Shown here: in pieces, positions 23,008 to 34,749 of the stretch
Numbering within the stretch: the first letter of the stretch is position 1
Layout: the number at the start of each line of letters is the position of its first letter
NCBI GenBank assembly: GCA_905178155.1
Contig: CAJINV010000002.1
Location: 6,676,476 to 6,740,475, forward strand
Length of the DNA stretch: 64,000 nt
DNA from: Amoebophrya sp. A120
Taxonomy: Eukaryota > Protista > Dinoflagellata
Direction: 5' to 3'
Made by a program: the position numbers and the translations under genes
Notes under the pieces: model-generated
The model's database searches: none
The model's input: only the letters and a program-made list of their open reading frames with translations
What the model was told of the DNA's origin: nothing

Positions 23008-26000
23008 ATGAGGAGGAACAAGCACCGCCGTGCTCGGGATAAGGAGATTTCTCGACGGAGAGAATCACCGGCTGAGGATGTGGTGGACCTTCCGGCAGCA
23101 AAAACCACTGGCACGAGTGCTGATTCTGCAGCTGCAGCGAATACAGAGATCAATCAGGCGACGGAGAAAAAAACCACACCACCAGAACACACGACAACGC
23201 GGCCGAAACAACGGGCGGACCAGCAGGTGCAGCCCCCACCCCCGTTGCTGCCTTCTTCGCACCGGACTGGACAAAATCCTCAGGCTCCTTTACCCTGGCA
23301 CCATCCGCAATCGGGCTTTTTCGCACGAACGGAGCCGTTGCTAGCGAGGGTCTTTGTGGACAAAATATGTACTAGTCAAGGTGGCCGTCAACTACAGCAA
23401 GTGAGCACAGGAACGCGAACTACAAAGAGGTCCGCATTAACAGCAACTTGCTACAATCGCAGTTGGTGTCTGTGCGAGTCAGAGGGGTACATTCCGCCGC
23501 CGACAGAGGAACAAAAACAGAATTTCGCTGCGTTGTTGGACATCAACAGAGCAAACGCATCGAATCCTGCCCAGCAACAAGATGTTGACATTGTCGATCC
23601 CGACCGGTACTACATGTTTCCGGAGCGAATCTGCGACGTTTCCTCGGGCCGGTTGTTCTTCTCCAAAGCCTACGAGCGCGAGACACTCATGTCGCAACTG
23701 AAATTGGTGGTCAGGAAGCACAGTTGGAACCCGGAAAACTTGGTTGCGTGTATCCAGAAAAGGCTCGAGTTGGTGTTCTGTGGTGGCAGAGAAATAAATT
23801 ACAACCCGATGTCTATGTCAGGGGCGGGTACTACGCAGCTGGAGGGAAAGATGTCGGCGAATGGTCAACAGGAAAATCAGATTCAAAAGATGAAGAAAAA
23901 GAAGCAGAAAACCACCACGAGAAGTGCATCGGGACGAGGTGACGGTGGTAGCGCTGGGACAATCAGAAATTTTCAACCCTCGACGTCCCATGCCTCATCA
24001 GAAATAGGTTCGGGATCGGCCTCGCCGCTCGATACTTGTAGAAAGAGCGACCACCTAGTTGTGCCGGAGGGGGAAACAAGCGACGAGGACATGTGCGAAC
24101 TACAGCGAGAATTGCGACGCGATCGGCCCATAGAGTTCTGGAGCCGAATTTTCAGCACATTCTCCTCCATCCGTACCTCTGAGGCTCGTCTGGGATCAGG
24201 GAGGTTTTCGATTTTGAGGCAGAGTTTGCTGGATCAGCCCCAGATTGTAGGGGTTTTATGTGCGTGGGTGACGGTGCAGAGGAAGGCGGAAGGGGCGAGC
24301 AGGGGAGCTATTTTTCCAGGTGAAGTTGCAAGAACTCATGCTAGCAGCGCGAGTTCTTGTGAAGCAAACTTCTCTGTACTAGCCGCGGAAGAAGCAGGAG
24401 CAGCCGGCGAGAGCAGCACAACTACTTCTCTTCAAGGCAATGAATTTTCACTTCAGTGGAGATTTCGTGACGCTGAGAGCACGAAAAACTCAAACAGCAC
24501 AAGAACCGAGGTCGAACCCAGCAGGCTCGCCAGCTTCATCGCGGACAAGCTGATCCGTTGCTGTGTCATGGCCGCGAAAGACGTGCGTGAGTGGCGGGAC
24601 GAACGGAAGGTAGATTACTGGGGTAGATATACGAATACGAATCCAGGTGCCTCACCAGACGCAACAGAGACTGGCTTTGCAGTGCCAACAGTTGCCAGAG
24701 CCTGGCTGCAGGAGCTTTGCCGGCAGAGCGTCCTGGAGGAAGATGCACTGATGAGGTTGTGTAGTACAGCAGGGACGTATTCTTCTTCTTCAACAACATT
24801 TCCAAAGGAGAGGAGCAACGACCAGCACATTTCACAATCACCAGGACGAGATTTTTCAAGTTGTGCGAGTTCCTTCCTACTCGTTCGGAGGCTTTCAGTG
24901 CACCTGAACGCCGATTTAGTCCCGACGAGAGCTGCTGCCACCTGCGAAGAAAGCGAATCAAGTCCAAGTACGCACAGCAACATGGAGGACAGCGACTCTG
25001 GTCGTGAAGGTCTCGATAATGAAATGACGCGGCACACCAGAGCTGGACGAGCTGCGAAAATGTATTACTATGCTCAAGACGAGCAGGAACAAGGTACAGA
25101 CGCATACGAGCAGATTCAAACCTCCTGCCAAATTTCCCAGTTTCAGTCTATTTTCGCTACGCCTGATGAACATCAGGATGTGGAGAGCCAGAGCGACGAT
25201 GAGAAAACGCCAAATGCTGCCCCAGAGTCCGACGATCAGCAAAACCTCTTTGCGCAAGCGGCCACGCTGATCGCCAAAGTAACTACGGGAACAACGTCGA
25301 CGAACAAGTCGTACTTAAAGTACGTTTTCGAGCACGCGAGGGAATTTTACAAGCGAAAGAAACCTCTTTTGCTTTTTCAAGCAACGTTCGAGGACAAGGA
25401 ACGTTCGAGGACAAGCAAAAGAAGTGGGAAGACCACCGAGATCGATGGGCATGGGGTGAAAAAGTCGGATAATAAAGGTCTTGGTCAGCAGCGGGAGCAA
25501 TCAGGAAATGCACTAGAGGAAGCCACCTCGACTTCTAAGAGTGGCAGCAGAAGGCGGGGCGGAAAAAAGAAAACCCAAACTCTCGAATTCAGCTCGGGAA
25601 ATAAAAACTGGCTTCGGTTCTCTGTCGAAGTGCTTATAAGTGAAAAAGTAGAAGGTTTTGGTGGAGCTACAAGTCCTGGCGCATCATCAGAGGACCTTCT
25701 GCACCGGTCACTGCAGCTCCTATTTGATCAGGTTTCACAGAGGTTCGAAGCAAAGCTGTTGGAGCACATTTCGCACGTCGTCCTTCGAAAAACGGCTTCG
25801 AGGCACTTTCACTACTGCAGCGCCGCTAGTAGTCGAGCAACAGGAACAGGAGCGGCTGTGTCTTCCACTTCCGCATACGCCACCAGGTCGGCTGTGAGAA
25901 ATGCCGGAAGTAATTTCAAAAACGCATGGAGCCTACTTACTAAGGATGGTGATCCCACTTGGAATTCGAATCACCACCGCGCAGAGGCGACAGCAATATT

Positions 26001-27159
26001 TGGGGTCGCAGATCCTTTCACGGGGAAGAAGCAAAAGACTGCTTCCAGCACGAAAGTGAGAATGAAGCGTGCAGAACCTTCAGGATCTTCGTGCGACGTC
26101 ACGGCAAGTAGACCTGGCACGACAGCTCTCGAGACGAGTTGTGAAGACGACCGCACGATCGGCGGAAAAGTTCTCAACTTTGCCGAGGACGTCCTGGCGG
26201 ATCCAACCTGCTTTCCCTACCCCAAGTTGCACAGTGTCGCAAACACCGAGTTGCTGATGGGGGATCGCAGTATACACGCAGCCCGCGGAATACGAATTTC
26301 CGACCTGAAAATTTGGGACCACGAAATGAGACCTGCCGGAGCCGCGCAGCCGGAGTCATCTGACGATTGTGGTGGAGGGTTTTCCAAATCTTCGTCCAGA
26401 ATGGAGCACAGTGATTTTGATGGTGGACGCTCTGACATAGTAAACTTGCGCGGCGGGGCCGCCGGGGGCGCAATTTCATGGCCACCAAGCACCACAAATA
26501 TGCCCACGCTACTGACCACAAAGACGTCCCTCGAGGAACATCAAAACCAAAAGGTGCAGCTGGAGCAGAAAACTAGCTCCGTGTGGTCATCTGGTGTCGC
26601 AACACAGTACAAAATGCGCAACACGCGGAACACCCGTAAACGGGCCGCCGAGGAGCAAGAGCAGGCACAGCAGGCCGCGACGGTGGAGGCGGAACGGATG
26701 AGAATCGAAGAACAACAAAAGTTGCTACAGCACGGCGTTGAAGAGGAGCTTGTGCTACATGCGGCTTGTCTGGTGCCACCGTTGATTGAGCAGATGCAAC
26801 ACATTGGCGACGTACTGAGACAGAAGAAGGAAAGTGCTTTCAGCGTGAAGATCTCGTCGTGCTCCACGGGCACAGGTGCTGCTGGGCAAAAGGAAGATCT
26901 TCAAGAAGATTCCTTTGTCGATCCCATCGGTGAGATATCGCTGCTCGCAGCTTCAGACTTCGACCAGGGAATGAGAACACCAACTAACGTTGCTGAGCAA
27001 ATTTCGAAGATTCTTCGGGACATTACCCTGGCGGATTTTGACAAGGCGGTCGAGAAATATGTGGAGTACTCGGACGAGAGGGAGATTTTGCGGCGGATTT
27101 TGGCCTGGGAGCTAGCAATGTACAAGGACGAGTACTACGGCGGAAAAGTCCGGATTTGA
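23008..27159 (+). CDS. Hypothetical protein, 1383 aa, apparently single exon
   Basis: 4.15-kb ATG-initiated ORF rich in low-complexity sequence; no family recognised. Confidence 0.8.
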   Translation: MRRNKHRRARDKEISRRRESPAEDVVDLPAAKTTGTSADSAAAANTEINQATEKKTTPPEHTTTRPKQRADQQVQPPPPLLPSSHRTGQNPQAPLPWHHPQSGFFARTEPLLARVFVDKICTSQGGRQLQQVSTGTRTTKRSALTATCYNRSWCLCESEGYIPPPTEEQKQNFAALLDINRANASNPAQQQDVDIVDPDRYYMFPERICDVSSGRLFFSKAYERETLMSQLKLVVRKHSWNPENLVACIQKRLELVFCGGREINYNPMSMSGAGTTQLEGKMSANGQQENQIQKMKKKKQKTTTRSASGRGDGGSAGTIRNFQPSTSHASSEIGSGSASPLDTCRKSDHLVVPEGETSDEDMCELQRELRRDRPIEFWSRIFSTFSSIRTSEARLGSGRFSILRQSLLDQPQIVGVLCAWVTVQRKAEGASRGAIFPGEVARTHASSASSCEANFSVLAAEEAGAAGESSTTTSLQGNEFSLQWRFRDAESTKNSNSTRTEVEPSRLASFIADKLIRCCVMAAKDVREWRDERKVDYWGRYTNTNPGASPDATETGFAVPTVARAWLQELCRQSVLEEDALMRLCSTAGTYSSSSTTFPKERSNDQHISQSPGRDFSSCASSFLLVRRLSVHLNADLVPTRAAATCEESESSPSTHSNMEDSDSGREGLDNEMTRHTRAGRAAKMYYYAQDEQEQGTDAYEQIQTSCQISQFQSIFATPDEHQDVESQSDDEKTPNAAPESDDQQNLFAQAATLIAKVTTGTTSTNKSYLKYVFEHAREFYKRKKPLLLFQATFEDKERSRTSKRSGKTTEIDGHGVKKSDNKGLGQQREQSGNALEEATSTSKSGSRRRGGKKKTQTLEFSSGNKNWLRFSVEVLISEKVEGFGGATSPGASSEDLLHRSLQLLFDQVSQRFEAKLLEHISHVVLRKTASRHFHYCSAASSRATGTGAAVSSTSAYATRSAVRNAGSNFKNAWSLLTKDGDPTWNSNHHRAEATAIFGVADPFTGKKQKTASSTKVRMKRAEPSGSSCDVTASRPGTTALETSCEDDRTIGGKVLNFAEDVLADPTCFPYPKLHSVANTELLMGDRSIHAARGIRISDLKIWDHEMRPAGAAQPESSDDCGGGFSKSSSRMEHSDFDGGRSDIVNLRGGAAGGAISWPPSTTNMPTLLTTKTSLEEHQNQKVQLEQKTSSVWSSGVATQYKMRNTRNTRKRAAEEQEQAQQAATVEAERMRIEEQQKLLQHGVEEELVLHAACLVPPLIEQMQHIGDVLRQKKESAFSVKISSCSTGTGAAGQKEDLQEDSFVDPIGEISLLAASDFDQGMRTPTNVAEQISKILRDITLADFDKAVEKYVEYSDEREILRRILAWELAMYKDEYYGGKVRI

Positions 27160-27880
27160 GAAATTCGCTGCTTCTTGATGCGCAAGAGAAAAGCAAAACA
27201 TTAACCTGGTATAAAGCGGCCTCTTCGAGCGGCCGCGGTGGCACTTGTGCTCAGTCGTGTTCTTGATAGTTATGGATCCCAAAATCCAGCGTACATCGGT
27301 ACTCGCGCATTCGGTTTCAGTCTGGCTGCATGGACGTCGCACGATGTTGTGCAGCCAGTGGAGGCAGCACGCAAAGAAGCCGATTTATCAAGATCCAAAC
27401 TGCATGTCTATCTGATTTTGGCAAGGAGTCCCTCCTCGCACGAATGTGACTCGAGTACAGATCTTCATCGCCTGGAACGCTGTCGGTAATGATGATACTT
27501 CTCGGTTTATTGTGCAATCGTGACCATATTAATGTGGCCAACATCAAGCTCTTTCTCGGTCCGCGATCCTGGCTTTTTTTTCGCATACCAACTGGGAGTG
27601 TGGAGAATCTAGAATATTTATATTGGCTTGCCAGCTACCCCTGTCGCAGCCCGCCATAGTTACTACCCATTCATGCACAGTAATATGTTTTGGTTCCTAC
27701 AGCTACAACTGGAGAACGGACGAGGAAGTGCTTCGCTTAGATACCGTAATTATTTGATTTCTGCCCGTTATTCGTTGAAAAATTGAGTTTGTATTCGTTT
27801 GCGTTCTCGCACCTCCACAAAGTGAAATACACCTACATACCCGAGATAGAAGATTTTTCCGAAGAACAAAAAACTATCCT

Positions 27881-28729
27881 ATGACAAGATCTAGTCGCGG
27901 CCCGTCGTGGGACACCATGTCTGCTGTAAACCGTGCTCTTGCCCTCGCGAAGAGGTCAGCAGCCGGGGAAATGAAAAGGACAACTACAAGCGCCGGAACT
28001 ACTATGAAAAGCAGCTCGCTCAACAATATTCTAATGGCGAACGCGCCAAAACAGCATGATAGCACGAGAGGAACAAGGAGAAGCATGAACGTCGGCGACG
28101 ATGATCCACCGCCCGAGTATGTTTGGTACTTCGGGTTCGGGTCTAATGTGAACCCGGGCAAGATGACGACCAGCCGGGGGCTAACGCCTGCGGAGCCCTC
28201 GCCTTTGCGGGGGTCGCTGAAGAATTTCTGCTTGGTGTTTCTCCACGCGGGCTACGCGACCGTGGTATCGAAAGACGTGTTTTTCGGCCGCGACTTTGCG
28301 AGTTTTAGGGAGCACGCGTCCAAGGACACGCCGGCGGAGGTGCACGGGGTCTTGTGGAAGTTGAAGCTGGAGGACTTTTTGGAGCTGGTGCAGCAAGAAT
28401 ACTACTACGATACCCATGAAGTCGTGGTGGATTTGTACGACGAGGATACTTTTTCCGCAAACGGGAAAAATGGTGTTGGCACACCAGGCACGACTACACA
28501 GGAAGCGCCAGAAAATATTACGACGTCTGGCGCGTCATCTGAACAGAGTCACAACTCATCGAAAAAGATCACTGCCTTGACCTTTGTGACGACCCAAAGC
28601 TTCAACCTAGATCCGCCTGGCTCCGGACCAAGCTCGCGCTACATCGAGCTTATCCGTAGCGGCGCAAAGCAAATTGGGCTAAGGGAAGATTACTGTGCCT
28701 GGTTGGATAGTGTGAAGGTGGGAAGATGA
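27881..28729 (+). CDS. Gamma-glutamylcyclotransferase (GGCT/AIG2-like) family protein
   Basis: WYFGFGSNVN (YFxYGSN-type motif), EVHGVLWKL, LVQQE (candidate catalytic Glu) and C-terminal PSSRYIELIRSGAKQIGL..Y..WL. Start codon uncertain. Confidence 0.82.
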   Translation: MTRSSRGPSWDTMSAVNRALALAKRSAAGEMKRTTTSAGTTMKSSSLNNILMANAPKQHDSTRGTRRSMNVGDDDPPPEYVWYFGFGSNVNPGKMTTSRGLTPAEPSPLRGSLKNFCLVFLHAGYATVVSKDVFFGRDFASFREHASKDTPAEVHGVLWKLKLEDFLELVQQEYYYDTHEVVVDLYDEDTFSANGKNGVGTPGTTTQEAPENITTSGASSEQSHNSSKKITALTFVTTQSFNLDPPGSGPSSRYIELIRSGAKQIGLREDYCAWLDSVKVGR

Positions 28730-29074
28730 TGAATCTTCAGGGTAGGTTACAATGAAAGTGGAGGATGGTCTGTACTCATTGTATTGCTACTCGAGTCAAA
28801 GTCAAAATCTATAAATGCTCGCTGTGAATGAAGCTTATACGAAACTGAAGACAGGAACTGGGAGAAACCGGAGGAACGTCTGTTGACAAATTGGAAGAAG
28901 CTAAGTTGTAAACTACGAGAATGATAAGCCAGAAAGTGAAGGCTTGCAGTTCGGCTCCAAGGGGACAAACGCGTGTTTGTCTTCCGCATGTCGTGCAAAA
29001 GTGTTCCACTTGTCGCAAAGGCTCTCGAAGCAGGACCGACGCAACCCCTGTGATTATTCACCGGGCCTCCAGGG

Positions 29075-30460
29075 TCTAGATCCACGCGGGTTTTTCTTTT
29101 TCATCAATCCGCAGCCTGCTGCGCCGCATTGGGCCCGCAGTTTTGGAGAGTAGAGGCTCTCCGGACAAAAACGAGGCCGGCGCTACATCCTGCCGCGTCG
29201 GTCCAGCAAGGTAAAGACTCGCCACGGCCAGCCGTTCGGCACATCGGGCCGGCGCGGGTTGCGCGCGTTCGAGGATTGTGAGGCGGCGGGCGCGCGCTGC
29301 TGATGATCGGCAGGGAGGGGGCCGCGCAGTAGCGGCGGCGTTGCGCGCGGCGATCTCTCTCGCGCACCCCGGGGAAGGATTGGGCGCGCCGTGGATACCT
29401 CCGATACCCGACAGAAGAAGAAACGAAAAGAGGAAACGCCTGCGCTCAGGAAACGGCGACGCTCTGCCCCCGCTGCGCTGCATAGCAGGGCTCCGAAAAG
29501 GCCCAGGCCAAGGAGCGGGCCCAGGATGGGTTTAGCCATGAAAAGGCTGTGCACCGGCCAAAACCCCTTGGGCAAAATGTTAGAAGTATTGCGCCACCCC
29601 CGGAGCCGCGGCGCCGGCTTTTTCTTTCATCGATTGCGGGCGCGCGCCCGCCGCTTGGGCCCCGGAATATTTCGCCCGCGCCTTGGTTTCGCCGTTTGGC
29701 CGCCTCTTTCTACATCGCGCCGACCAAGGGCGCGACCAAGAACGCGCAGCGCCCGGCGCCAAAGGCCGCCGAGCCGGCGGGGCATCTGCAGGAAGGACTG
29801 GCATGGGCACAGGAGGGCGGCGCCCTGACATTGGGTGTTGCCTGGCGAGAGGATGCGCCGGATCCCGAACAAGCAGGGAAATGGTGCCGCAGATTCAGGC
29901 GCGAAGCAGCAAGGCGGGGCGGCCGGCAGGCGGCGACGATCCATCGATGCAGAGGCGGACCATCCGCGCCAGTTCGCGAAAATCGTTCGCGGGGCGCCCT
30001 CTGGGGCTTCATCACAGCGGCGGGACGAGGGCGGGGGGTGGGCCCTGGTTTCCCTGTTTCTCGCGTTTGCCGGGGGGCGGGGCAGTCAGTGAGTGGGGCG
30101 TGCCGGCGGGGGCTCCTCCGCCCGACCGGCCGGGGGGCCCCGGCCGTTCGCTGCGGGCCTTTTCGCGCAGGGTTTCTCTGCGGGGGCTGCCCGTGTTTGA
30201 TATTTTTGTGGGTTGTCTGGCCCTGGTGCGTGCGCGCCGGCCCCTGGTGACAGGCCTCGTCCCGTGGTGGCCGGCGTGCATCGGCCTCGCTCCTGCGCGC
30301 TTGGGCGCTGCCAGTGATTTCCCCGCTCTCTAGAGGCCCCCTTTCGTGCGCAGATAGTTTGAGAGGTTGATAGCTCAGTCAAATGCTCCAGCCATCGCAG
30401 GCGCCGGCACTGGCGGGAGAACAAAATTGGTTTCCCCCCCGGGGGTCTGTGCCTGCTGTG
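29075..30460. other. GC-rich intergenic block, probably repetitive or non-coding
   Basis: Abrupt rise in GC with homopolymer runs. Degenerate internal duplication (GGTTTTTCTTTTTCATCAAT...TTGGGCCCG...CTACATC at ~29085 versus GGCTTTTTCTTTCATCGAT...TTGGGCCCG...CTACATC at ~29615). Only Arg/Gly/Pro-rich spurious ORFs. Confidence 0.5.
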
Positions 30461-30894
30461 TGTGCATGGATTCATTAGCAAGGGGATTCGCGCTCTATGT
30501 GTTCATGCCGGTCAGCGATGATGTGATAGATGTGATCTCCTGTGCTATGTGAGTGTCGGTATATTCGATTCTCATTTTCTTGTGCGGTCGGAATGATGTG
30601 TCATTAGCTGAAGCAAGTAGCTTGCTAGTTTAAACTTTGTGCGTGGTGTGTGGTGCGGTTTTTTTCAAGAAAGTAGAAAAGCACCGTGCATACTACTAAG
30701 TTCGCAGTCTCAACATCAAGAAATCTACCGCGGTCTAGGACTGCACTCGCCGGTTCCGTGCTCCGCGCAATAATCGATCCCGTAAAATAGATTCGCGGGC
30801 AAACCACTTATGTGGGCGCACGCGTCGCTTTTGGTATTGCAGCTTTGATCTGCAACGGGGTAGAGCAAACAAATTTCATGCAAATCTACCAAAA

Positions 30895-33800
30895 ATGGGT
30901 TTCCATTTTCTGCCTGCCTACCTCGCCGAAGCCGCTCAGCTGTTTCTGGCAGCGGAGCTACTCTTTGCCCCTTGCTTGTTCACCTTCGTAACAGCAACAG
31001 CAAGCCCACCTACCACCCGCTACGTCTGTTTCCCGGGCGAGGAGTGGATGGAGAAGCAGTGCTGTAATCAGAACCTCTACGGCCCGAAGGGTTTGTCCCA
31101 CCTCTGCTTTCAACACGGCGGATTTTCTTTTGACATGTGCTGCACCGGAAGAACACCAGACGGAAAAGCACCCGCTATCGGCGACGACGAGGAGGTTATG
31201 TACGTTGAGACGGACGAGCTGGAAAAGCGGTTTCCGGACGGCTGCAGCAGTCACCTGAGCTGGATCCCCATGATTTACGCTGTCTTGCTCTTGACCTCCG
31301 TGACCTACAACCAGGTCGGGGAGGTGGTGCGAAACGAAGATCGGGAGCATTTCTTGTCCTCCGCATCTACGTCAAAGCCAGGTGTAGATGCGGCGCAAAG
31401 CAAGAGTTTGAATGGCGAGGCTGGGACTACTTCCGCAGAAGGTGCCGAAGAGCAAGGCCGCATAGAGGACCCCAACAGCCATCAAACGGTCGAGATGACC
31501 ATCCCGCTTTCTTTATCCCGACCTGGCGGTGCGGTTGCAGAGGGAAATATTAAAGATGAGCCAAAAGCCTCCACCGAAAATCTGTCTGAGATTCAGTCGA
31601 CGACTACCATCTCCCGTGCGTCGAATATTGAGTACTTAGTCCTGCAGCGCGTGGGGTTTTCCATGTCCCATTTCTACCGGGGCGCGATTCAGTTCTTCAA
31701 GCACGGAAAGCTTGACCTCGGAATGATCAGCATGCTAAACGACATCTTGCGGAACTTCGCCTACGCCTTCTCCAAATGTCCCATGGTCACGTCGCTCGCG
31801 GTCTTGTTGAAGGCGCATCAGTATCCTGTGCAAAAGTATCGTAGTAGGTACTAATTGCATTTATGCATTACAAATCTCTTTCTCAAGGCAAATCAGCATT
31901 ACAAATTCAATTTGTAATTCTGGGACAATTTGTAATGCAATTTATACTAGTACGATGGTTTTGCATTGCATAATCAGCTCTCGAGCCAGGACGTGTCCGC
32001 GGCGCTCGACATGTACAGTTCCATCGTGACGTTGGTCACCGAGGCAGAGAAAGCACAGAAAATCCCAAACACGAGCAGCTGGGGGTGGGGCATCCTGGTC
32101 TCTCGCTTCAACCCGGTAAACACACGGGTTTTTCAGAACAGAACCAGAATGGAAACCGCAGGTTCATCTGCGATCGAATGGAACGCAGTAAATGCACTCC
32201 GCGGCCGCCCCGACGTAGTAGTTGCAGAAGCGCCCCCTCCAAGTGGAACTTCCTGGATCGACGCGCTGCTGAAGATGCAACTGGAGTTGGGCGGGAATGA
32301 ACGAGCTGACACGACCCGTCGCGGGGAGGAGCGGGAAAGAAGTTACCAAGGACAAGGAGATCGCGAAAGTGGTCACACTTTCAACTTCCTGGCCTATTCC
32401 CCGGGCTTTGGCTTCGCGGAATCGACAGACCTGAAACGATTGGAAAAGCTGAAAATCGAGAAAAATCAGGGGAAAAATACGAAGAAGCAGCTTCAAGAAC
32501 CGAACAAAGTTCGGTCAGCTTCAAGAACCGAACAAAGTTCGGTCACTCTTTCTAATCCAATTTCTTCCTTCACTGGCTACCGTACTTCGACAGCGGACTT
32601 TTCCAAGGCAATCGTTTCCCTCCCAGACGGTCGGTTTTCGCAGCTTACGCATGTCCCCACCGTGGACATCGTGATGCCGTACTGCTGCGAGGGATTTTTG
32701 GATTTGAACTTCGCGGTCGGCGATAAAAACTTCAGGGTGATTCTCTACGACATCTGCGGCTGCGACGCGTCCAAGTTGCAGGAATTGGACGGAATAAAGG
32801 GGAACTTTCTCGTCGTGGTGCAGAACGATCATGCTGGAAGTGAAGGCGTGTTTGCGGCAGACAGCGCGGGCGGGTCGTTTGAAAAAGAAGCTGTACATGA
32901 ACCGGAAGCTGTAGCTAGGTCGAGGACCACTGCTGCGCTGGGTGAAAATGAAAATGAGCAAACTGAGAGCAGCAGCGGCGAGTCGCCACCAGCTACCTCT
33001 ACGTCTCGACGTGCTGGACTTAGCAAGCTGTACTTCGACAACTCGCTGACCGAAGCAGTTCCCTCGGGCGAGATTGTTGCCTACTTCTACCACCTGTGGA
33101 AGTACTACGACAGGATGTCGGACGTCACGCTCTTTCTCCACCCGGACTACCAGGAACACATACGGGAGCAGCTGCTCGAGCGGGTACTCTACAGCCTCAA
33201 GGGCAACAACACCTGGGATTTCTCCCTGGGCTTCATGTACCTCGGGTGGCGGCACGAAAGTCCCGTGATAGACGGAAAGGTCGGGCCGCACTGGAGCAGG
33301 CACTGTCCGCATTACGTAGCGGGTGGATCTGGATCATCAGGAACAGGAAGAGCAAGAGCACCAACTACTACAAAAAACAAGCCGGTTGCCGAAGTTCTTG
33401 TCGACGATCCCAGACCTCCTGGCACGCCTTTGTATCCGTGTCGCTTCGACGAGTGGGCGTTTTCGAACGTGGTCAGAAGGCACCGGCACGACGTGGTGGG
33501 CGATTACAACCCCGAGCTGCTTCGGCGGATCTGGCGGATTCTCTTCCAGGAAGAGTTCCACACCGTGTACGACGATTTCGGGGGGTACGATTTCAACCAG
33601 TTTCTGGTCTCCCGCGACCGCGTCCGCTCCACGAACCAGAGAAGCTACTACCGGCACGTGGCCTACCAACTCCAGGACCTGGCGCAGTACCGGGAGTTAT
33701 TCGGAGGAGGTCCTCGAAGAACTTCTACTAGTAGCAGAAGTAGCCCGACGCGAAATGAAATCCTGAAAAACGTAATGTCGAGGAGCCGCGGCCACAACAG

Positions 33801-34749
33801 AGCGAATGGCAAGAACGAGAACATGAAAGCGCCATCTTCCTCACGACAACGTTTGAAATTCAAAACGGGACGAGGGCCAGGACCTGCCCGACACCCCAAC
33901 GCGCAGTCCTTTGTCTCGGACCGTGTAGACCTAACTCCCCGCTACGGCTTTAACAAGGGCGTGTGTATTTGGTTTGAGCACCTGTGGCACTTGCTTTTTG
34001 GGGTTGACGACGCAAGGTGGAAACCCAAGGAGGAACGGAGCTTGGGAGTTGGAGTGGGGTCATCTGCAGCTGCATCCGGTCTTCTTGCCAAGGTGGACGT
34101 CGACCTCGAACACAGCGGCAGCAGCTCATCTTGTCCGGCGGAGATCCACCGCGACGTTGAAACCTCCAGGAGGGTGCTGGTTCGACCTCCTGCTCACTAC
34201 CTTCACGAGCGGGACGAAATCCAGCGGCGGCTCCCACATCGCGACATACGAAATAAGTGAACAACCTCCCCTCTCGCTCATTTGCATTGCACAAACAGCA
34301 ATACAAGCGTCGGCAAGAATGCAGGTTTTGCATGACAAATTTTCCCAGGCTTGTAGTGCTGTTTGAGCTTCCACAACTTGTCGCGCCAAAAGTGGCAAGA
34401 GGCAAAAGGGTGGATTTGGTATTTTGCATGACAAGCGAGAGGGAGGGGCAGGGGGAGGAGTGCACTCTCATACGACATCGTGCGGTACGACGATGCGGAG
34501 TTGGACTACGAGAATTACACGCCGAACTACTTTCACAAGAACTTCGACTATGATTTCACGAAGACCGCGGACGTCTTGAAGTTTGAGAAAAGAAGATACC
34601 TGTCCTATTCCCGTTGGGACGATGCGACTTTGCCTCTAGCCTTTCGCGACTACGTCGATAGCATTCAGCTCCACAAGTATCTCCTCACGCCAAATGAAAC
34701 CTGCGCTCTGATGAACAAATGTATGCCGCCAATTCGGCTGAGAATATAG
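30895..34749 (+). CDS. Secreted or membrane protein with DUF3431-like domain (~1155 aa). Exons 30895-31821, 31978-34246, 34478-34749
   Basis: N-terminal hydrophobic leader and a Cys-rich module (CC...CF..GGFSFDMCC). GEIVAYFYHLWKYYDRMSDVTLFLH, QFLVSRDRVR and FEHLWHLLFG resemble the DUF3431 motifs. Exon sum is 3468 nt, in frame. Confidence 0.75.
31822..31972. mobile_element. Introner family A copy (151 bp)
   Basis: TATCCTGTGCAAAAGTATCGTAG...CTAGTACGATGGTTTTGCATTGCATA; TSD ATCAG. Removing 156 nt gives KAHQ-LSSQD. Confidence 0.92.
34247..34472. mobile_element. Introner family D copy (226 bp)
   Basis: TACGAAATAAGTGAACAACCTCCCC...GGGGAGGAGTGCACTCTCATA; TSD CGACA. Removing 231 nt gives HRDI-VRYDD. 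Confidence 0.9.

Noticed and set aside
29075-30460. rRNA fragment or Helitron
   Set aside because: No conserved rRNA motif recognised. CTAG is present but I found no convincing subterminal hairpin or A/T insertion site.
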